A stretch of 62,906 nt of DNA, filler included, from Chrysochromulina tobinii (taxonomy: Eukaryota): NCBI GenBank assembly GCA_001275005.1. It is 5 parts of 5 records of this genome, joined end to end, with 100 filler letters (N's around TTAATTAATTAA, not from the genome) between each part and the next. Parts side by side here need not be neighbours in the genome. Positions count along the whole stretch, not along the records: positions 48,413 to 60,344 come from JWZX01001163.1; positions 60,445 to 62,906 come from JWZX01001171.1; 3 more parts are not named here. The stretch is one strand, 5' to 3'. The position numbers and the translations under genes were made by a program. Within the stretch, counting starts at the first letter, position 1. Each line of letters opens with the position of its first letter. This document shows, one piece after another, positions 56,563-62,906 of this stretch. Under the pieces are notes generated by a model. The model saw only the letters and a program-made list of their open reading frames with translations, ran no database searches and was not told where the DNA came from.

Positions 56563-59500
56563 TCACAGGCGCCTGCCAAGAAGCAGACCTTTGGCCGCAC
56601 CATCTGAGACCGATGCCTCTGCGCACGTGCTGCACCACCGCTTCGCACGTGCCACTGCAAGCGCCGCCTGCTCAGCCGATGAGTACACGCCGAGGTAATG
56701 AACCCCATGCTGACCATAATGCCGCCCTTCAAATCTGCGGTCTGAACGGGCGCACACCCAGTAGAAGCCACTGCTCGTCCCGGGTGAGCGCTCGAGCTCG
56801 AGGCCCTCGGCCTCGGCTAGGCTGGTAGCCTCCGCCGCGCTCTGGCCCACGTCACCCATTTTTCGATAGACTGACGACCTCCTCCGCACCCTGACGCCCG
56901 CAGCCCGGCTTGCAGCTTCCCGCTCGCACCGGGCACGGTCGTATGCGAGCGCGGCCTCTGCGCCGTTGTCAAAGACTCCGAGCACGGTTGGATGGGGTCG
57001 GCCGTCGATTCGCCACGTCGTAACCGCCTCATACCTATCCCTCACCGTGTGCCGGACGCCCACGTAGCCGCTCGCACTATTGGTCACAAGCCCCGCAGCG
57101 GCCGCCAGGCCCTCTGCCACTGCCAGGCGCGCAATCCTCACGCCTAGGGCCACGTCCGCTTGGTCGCTCGCCTCCAAATCAGCGCTTGGTTGGCCCGAAG
57201 CGCAAATGATGCACGCCCAGCTGTGGGTGTCTTTAGGGCAGAGGTGCCCGAGCTTCAGCTGGCCACACCGCCTGCAGCGTCGCGGAGGCTTTGCCGAAGT
57301 CGGCGCGTCCGACGGCTGCTCGGTCGACAGACGAAGCTGCTCCTTATGTCGGAGGAGGCGCTCAACGCGCCTCACTGCCTGGGCTTGGCTGCGACCGGGA
57401 AGGTGGCGCAGAATCCCCACCCAATCGATAGGTCCATCTCCCCCCGAGGAGGCGATCAGCTGCAGTAGATGAGCCGTCTCATGGGCTGGCCAGCAGTCGT
57501 GGGCCATGCCTGCGGCCGGGCCTGCAGCGGGTACCGCGTCACCGCCGCCATCCGCCTCGTCGTCTGTGCTCACCAGCACGGCCGTTACCTCGAGCGCCTC
57601 GCCGCTGAAGAGACCCTCCGCCTCGTCGGTTACGGCCGTTACCTCGAGCGCCTCGCCGCTGAAGAGACCCTCCGCCTTCGACTCCGCCTCGTCGGTGAAC
57701 GAGCTCCATAAGGGGACGAATGCAGAAGGGATCGGTGTTGACGAGCTCCTCGATGGGACGAAACCGGAGGGGGCGTACACGTGCTCGTGAGGCTCGGGCT
57801 CGGCCGATAGCACGAGAGTGGCTGGAGGATGGCGAAGGGTGGGGGGAGCGAGCGGCGCCCACCACGGCCGCTCCTCGTTGGCGAATTGGCGAAGCTGCTG
57901 ATCATCCGTGTGCGCGGCCGCACCATGGAAGCGTCTCTTTTGCTTCTTGTTTGGAGAGAAGGAGTTGTGCGCGTCGCTACCCCGCTTGGGCACGGCCAGC
58001 CTCTGCTCGACGCGGCTGACCAGCTGCTTGAGCCACGCGCTCACCTGCGCCAGCTGCTTCGCATCCGCCGCGGCCTGCTGCTCCACCGTACGGACGAGTC
58101 GCTCCACGCAGTGCACTACCGCCGCCTGTACCCTCCCATGGGCGGCGTTCTCCAACTCCGTCAAGCGCACTAGTCGATCGACGCAGGCCGCCACCGCCGG
58201 ATCGGGTCGCCACCCAGCATAAGCGCCCGCCGTTCGGCGCCGTGCACGCTCACCACTCGGCGGCAGGAGGCATTCGGGCCGAGCGAGCGCCGTGTCCGAG
58301 CCCGTGTCCGAGCGGACGGGCGATGCTCGAGTACCGGTAGCCGTCTTTCTCTGCGCAGACCTCGCCTCAAAGATCTCCCCCCGCGGTCCAGGGAGTTCCG
58401 CCGCGCACGGCCGCTGGCAAGCCTCCAGTTTGAACCGCTTGCGACCACCGCACTTGGCACATGGCCAGTTATGGTATTCGACCCAACCCACTGCCCTCGC
58501 ATAGCGAGCGCGAGCGAGCGCGGCGAGCTCGGGCGTCGAGAAGGTGCCGACACTGACCGCGCTATTCAGGCGCGCCTGAAACATGTGCGCGCGCGAGCTG
58601 CCGCGGAGGCCCAGGAGATCTTTGACGCCCTTGTAGCCCCCGCGCCGCTCTGCCGGCCGCTCGCCCCTCCACCGCGCAGGCGCGGCCACGAGGTCGAGGC
58701 CCTCCGCTCTCGCCTGGAGGAGAGCTTCTGCCGAAAGGCGCTCGAGCGTCTCGTCATCGAGGAGCTCCATCTCCGCAGAGCTCGTGAATCGACCTTTCCA
58801 GTCATGGACGTAGCCGGACGCGGTCGTGCGCCCGGCCTCCGCCACGCGCCTCGTGATCTCCTCATCGGAGAGCGTCTGACGTGGTGTGCTCATAAAGCTC
58901 CAGAAGCAGAAGCCGTCGATCCAGACCGCGTGCCGCTCCCCCTCTCCCGCACGCTCATCATGCCGAGCATACACAAGCCCGGAACGGAGCCCGACGCGCA
59001 TGCAGGCCGCGTGCCATCGGTCCTCCTCCGGGTTCACGGACGGATCTCCCTGTATCTCCTCGGCGCGCACGGGCGGATCAATTGGAGAGAAGTCGTCGTC
59101 ATGAGCTTCGTCCTGAGCGTCGTCAGGAGCGTCGTCCTGAGCGTCATCCTGAGCGTCATCTCGAGCGTCGTCAGGAGCGTCGTCCTGAGCATCGACCCCA
59201 ACGCGCTCGTCTTCGGCCCCGTCGGCCACGTCGCACGGCCATCCTTCGGGCACCACCACCACACGCTCGTCTTCGGCCACGTCGCACGGCCATCCTTCGG
59301 GCACGGGCACCACCACCACACGCTCGTCGAAGCGCACCCGTTTGGCGCCGCCGCTGCCACCGCCGCGGCTGCCGCCGCCTCCACCACCGCCGCAGTCGCC
59401 GCCGTCGTCGCCCCCGCCGCTGTGCGCGACACCATCGTCGAGGCGACCGTTGGCGACGCCAGGGAGCGCATCGGCGTCGCCGCCGCGCTGCTTCCGCTTG

Positions 59501-60159
59501 CGCTCGCCCGCGGCCCTCTTTTGATCCGCCTGACGATCGGCCTGCTGCCCTCGCGTCTTTGCGGACGAGGGCGGCAACGGCGCCGATGCGCGCCACGGCG
59601 CGAGGTCGTGCACCGGGACGTACGTGTTACGCACCTCGGGCAGCAGCAGTGGCATGGTGCGTCCGTCGACGTCGGCGACGTATTTCACCAAGAACTCGGG
59701 CTTGATGGTCCGGAGGCCCATGAAGAGCGCCTTGAACTGGCGCCGCTGGCCCGCGTGCAGGCCCATCGCGAGGCACGGCTCACCCACGACCAGGCCCTCA
59801 GGGATGGACGGCATGTCCGCAGCTGATGAGGCACCTTTGCCAGACGCTGCTGATGATGCGGGAGCATGACAGTCCTTCAGGTGTGCCCGCAACGCGCGCA
59901 CAGCGCGCAAGACGCTGTGCGCGTCGCTCGACTCCGTGCTCATCCAACCGACCACGTTGAAGTCGGACTCAAAGTGGTTGGGCTTGATGTGCTGCATCAG
60001 CTCCACGGCAAGCCTCCAAACCTCGTCAGCATCGTTGGATGCCTGCAGCCGCTGCGACCAGCGGTTAGCAGTCTGCCTCCAAGCCGCCTTGACATGCTTC
60101 CAGTCCAGTGAGTCTTGCAGGTCGTCGAGCTCAAGGAGCGCCTGTCGCAATGGGTCCAT
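56563..60159 (-). CDS. Large putative DNA-binding protein: three AP2-like domains, SANT/Myb-like domain, CxxC..H.C knuckle, N-terminal helical (WHIM3-like) domain
   Basis: AP2-like GYKGV...VGTFSTPELAALARAR, SGYVGV...LGVFDNGAEAALAYDRA and SGFYWV...LGVYSSAEQAALAVAR. SANT-like WPAHET..LL...DW..I..HLPGRS. Knuckle CRRCGQLKLGHLC. Confidence 0.75.
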   Translation of the reverse strand: MDPLRQALLELDDLQDSLDWKHVKAAWRQTANRWSQRLQASNDADEVWRLAVELMQHIKPNHFESDFNVVGWMSTESSDAHSVLRAVRALRAHLKDCHAPASSAASGKGASSAADMPSIPEGLVVGEPCLAMGLHAGQRRQFKALFMGLRTIKPEFLVKYVADVDGRTMPLLLPEVRNTYVPVHDLAPWRASAPLPPSSAKTRGQQADRQADQKRAAGERKRKQRGGDADALPGVANGRLDDGVAHSGGGDDGGDCGGGGGGGSRGGGSGGAKRVRFDERVVVVPVPEGWPCDVAEDERVVVVPEGWPCDVADGAEDERVGVDAQDDAPDDARDDAQDDAQDDAPDDAQDEAHDDDFSPIDPPVRAEEIQGDPSVNPEEDRWHAACMRVGLRSGLVYARHDERAGEGERHAVWIDGFCFWSFMSTPRQTLSDEEITRRVAEAGRTTASGYVHDWKGRFTSSAEMELLDDETLERLSAEALLQARAEGLDLVAAPARWRGERPAERRGGYKGVKDLLGLRGSSRAHMFQARLNSAVSVGTFSTPELAALARARYARAVGWVEYHNWPCAKCGGRKRFKLEACQRPCAAELPGPRGEIFEARSAQRKTATGTRASPVRSDTGSDTALARPECLLPPSGERARRRTAGAYAGWRPDPAVAACVDRLVRLTELENAAHGRVQAAVVHCVERLVRTVEQQAAADAKQLAQVSAWLKQLVSRVEQRLAVPKRGSDAHNSFSPNKKQKRRFHGAAAHTDDQQLRQFANEERPWWAPLAPPTLRHPPATLVLSAEPEPHEHVYAPSGFVPSRSSSTPIPSAFVPLWSSFTDEAESKAEGLFSGEALEVTAVTDEAEGLFSGEALEVTAVLVSTDDEADGGGDAVPAAGPAAGMAHDCWPAHETAHLLQLIASSGGDGPIDWVGILRHLPGRSQAQAVRRVERLLRHKEQLRLSTEQPSDAPTSAKPPRRCRRCGQLKLGHLCPKDTHSWACIICASGQPSADLEASDQADVALGVRIARLAVAEGLAAAAGLVTNSASGYVGVRHTVRDRYEAVTTWRIDGRPHPTVLGVFDNGAEAALAYDRARCEREAASRAAGVRVRRRSSVYRKMGDVGQSAAEATSLAEAEGLELERSPGTSSGFYWVCARSDRRFEGRHYGQHGVHYLGVYSSAEQAALAVARAKRWCSTCAEASVSDGAAKGLLLGRRL

Positions 60160-60344
60160 TGTGAGCGAGTGCGAGCACACGAGCGAGGCCGCCGCCTGTG
60201 AGAGCTGATTGGTTCGTGCACCGCTGACGCGAACGAGTACCCGTACCGGGCTTGTTGCGTAAACTTGGTCGCGTAGGTTGGTGATTGCAGGTTCATCAAA
60301 CTACACAAAGGCAGCCTGGTGAGCGCGACATCCCGGTCCCTGCT

Positions 60345-60444
60345 NNNNNNNNNNNNNNNNNNNNNNNNNNNNNNNNNNNNNNNNNNNNTTAATTAATTAA
60401 NNNNNNNNNNNNNNNNNNNNNNNNNNNNNNNNNNNNNNNNNNNN
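60345..60444. other. Assembly spacer
   Basis: N-run + TTAATTAATTAA + N-run. Confidence 0.97.
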
Positions 60445-60934
60445 GGTCCCTTGGGAGGGAAGGGTGGGTTTCTTGGTGGCCATGTCTCAGCATCACGTAG
60501 ATGCTTCATGTTGGCTGCCGGATTGAGATACTTTCTGTCTGTTTCTGCGACGAAACGGTGACGGTGTCACCTAGAAGGGGATTAGGATGGCAAGATTGAG
60601 CTGGACGTCTGCGGCCGTCCAGCCGTGTCCGTTGTGCTCGAGGCACGGGTATGTGGGCCAGCACACGGCTGGCACGCGGACGCGTCGGCCCATCGCGTTT
60701 GCGGAGGTGAGCGGGGAGCTGTCAGGCGGCGGCGGCGTCTCTGCGGCGTCTTCTGTACGTCTTCTGCGGTCACGTCCATGTTGTCCAACACGTGACGTGC
60801 GCGCGCGGGAATGGTGCCACCGTAGGCGTGCATGAGGGCTATGTTCCCTTCGCTGTTGCAAATTGGGCTGGCACGTGGACACGTCGTCGCGTCCGTCCAT
60901 TGCGTTTGCGTAGATGGAGGCGGGCAGAGAGCTG

Positions 60935-62690
60935 TCCCGACAGGGCGATCAGCGGCGATCGCTGAAGCAGCTAGCGGCCTTTGCCACTCAAGCTTCCAAG
61001 AGCGGCCGCGAGCATCACACCCGGCAGGGCAATCAGCTGCCTGTGCCACTCAAGCTTCCGAGAGAGCGGAGACCGGAGAGCGACAGCTTAGATCGAGAGT
61101 GTTGAGAGTGTTGCCGACGCAGCCGCGGCGGCGAGCGTAACACCCGACAGGGCTATCAGCGGTGCCAGCGAAGGGCTTGCGCCGCTCAAGCCTAGAGCAA
61201 GAGCAACTGCTTTGATCATCTTTGATCGAAAGCCTAGCCGACGCAGCTGTGGCAGCGAGCGTCACACCCGACAGGGCGATCAGCGGTGCGCGCGCCGAGC
61301 AGCGAGCGACCTGTGCCCCTCAAGCTTCGGAGAGAGCGAGAGCAGCAGCTTTGATCGAGAGCGTATAGCCGACGCAGCTGCGGCGGCGAGCGTCACACCC
61401 GACGAACAGGGCGATCAGCGGTGCCAGCGAAGGTACAGCGAAGGGCCTGCGCCGCTCAAGCCTCTTAGAGCGAGAGCAGCTGCTTTGATCGAGAGCGTAT
61501 AGCCGACGCAGCTGCGGCGGCGAGCGTCACACCCGACAGGGCGGTCAGCGGTGCCTGTGCCGAGCAGCAAGCGGCCTATGCCACTCAAGCTTCCCAAGGC
61601 GATCAGCGGTGTCACACAACTGACAGGGCGGTCAGCGGTGCCCGCGCCGAGCAGCAAGCGGCCTATGCCACTCAAGCTTCCGAGAGAGCGAGAGCACAGC
61701 AGCTTTGACCGAGAGCGCATAGCCGTCGCAGCCGCAAGCGTCACACCCGGCAGGGCGATCAGCGGCCAGCGAGCGGCCTGTGCCACTCAAGCTTCCGAGA
61801 GAGCGAGAGCAGCAGCTTTGACCGAGAGCACATATAGCCGTCGCAGCCGCAAGCGTCACACCCGGCAGGGCGATCAGCGGCCAGCGAGCGGCCTGTGCCA
61901 CTCAAGCTTCCGAGAGAGCGAGAGCAACAGCTTTGACCGAGAGCACATAGCCGTCGCAGCTGCAAGCGTCACAGCCGGCAGGGCGGTCGGCGGTGCCTGC
62001 GCCGAGCAGCAAGCGGCCTATGCCACTCAAGCTTCCGAGAGAGCGAGGGCAGCACGCGCCGAGCAGTGAGCGGCCTGTGCCACTCAAGCTTCCGAGAGAG
62101 CGAGAGCAGCAGCTTGGACCGAGAGCACATAGCCGTCGCGGCCGCAAGCATCACACCCGGCAGAGCGATCAGCGGCCAGTGCCACTCAAGCTTCCGAAAG
62201 AGCAAGAGCAGCTTTGATCGAGAGTGTTGCCGACGCAAGTGTGCGGCGAGCGTCACACCCGATAGGGCGATCAGCGGTGCCCGCGCCGAGCAGCAAGCGG
62301 CCTGTGCCACTCGAGAAGCCTGTGCCGAGCAGCAAGCGGCCTGTGCCACTCACGAAGCCTGTACCCGGCGGCGAGCGTCACACCCTATCACACCTGACCG
62401 ACAGGGCTATCAGCGGTAACAGCGAAGGGCCTGCGCCGCTCAAGCCTCTTAGAGCGAGAGCAGCCGCTTTGATCATCTTTGATCGAAAGCCTAGCAGACG
62501 CAGCTGTGCGGCGAGTGTCACACCCGACAGGGCGATCAGCGGTGCGCGCGCCGAGCAGCGAGCGACCTGTGCCCCTCAAGCTTCGGAGAGAGCGAGAGCA
62601 GCAGCTGTGTCACTCAAACCTCGGACTCAAACCTCGGAGAGCGAGAGCAGCGGCTTTGATCGAGGGCGTATAGCGAGCGTTTAGCCGACG
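60935..62690. repeat. Complex mosaic satellite, about 14 degenerate units of ~60-140 nt
   Basis: Recurrent modules GCGTCACACCCG(A/G)CAGGGCGATCAGCGG, CCTGTGCCACTCAAGCTTCCGAGAGAGCGAGAGCAGCAGCTTTGA and TAGCCG(A/T)CGCAGC. Confidence 0.9.
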
Positions 62691-62906
62691 CTGACCACGA
62701 TTGGCAAGCTCCGTCTCCTGGCGCTGCAATACGTGGCTGTGCGGACCTCCGGTGCGGCCGACACCCTGCATACCGCGTCGATCACACCGGCGAGCGGCCG
62801 CACCCAGATGGCACGCGTTTTTTGCGCAAGGTTTTGCACGATGTCGAGCCGGCCTCCAGGGGGGCATCAGGCGAGTCACAGTCAGGTTAGTCACAATCAG
62901 CGGGAC

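Noticed and set aside
56069..56638. Pro-rich (-) or Gly-rich (+) ORFs over a GCC microsatellite
   Set aside because: Openness is explained by low complexity. It could be an alternative C-terminus of the AP2 protein, but nothing supports that.
58471..59826. Long antisense ORFs overlapping real genes (also 36500-37516, 11388-12236, 3079-4242)
   Set aside because: Expected shadows of high-GC3 coding strands, with no domain signal.

Overview
GC-rich eukaryotic nuclear DNA, not prokaryotic. It has spliceosomal GT-AG introns and genes such as COP9 CSN6, GATOR2 WDR24, a USP, a U-box protein and MYB/AP2 factors. Gene content and intron style suggest a haptophyte alga such as Chrysochromulina (inference, not verified). 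The window is five contigs joined by 100-nt artificial spacers (N-run + TTAATTAATTAA + N-run). About 25 protein genes or fragments can be reconstructed, including a spliced COX23-like gene missing from the ORF track and a UDP-apiose/xylose synthase. The most striking signal is a shared intron architecture seen in roughly 18 introns of 8 unrelated genes. Each has (i) a GT-starting copy of the flanking exon or spliced junction, (ii) tandem arrays of 9-12-mers mostly built on a branch-point-like CTGAT core on the sense strand, and often (iii) one of two conserved 3' acceptor cassettes. Similar duplication-plus-repeat insertions in the opposite orientation stay in frame inside coding sequence. This looks like an active intron-creating process. 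No rRNA, tRNA, CRISPR or intact transposase was recognised. All calls were made by eye; no searches were run.
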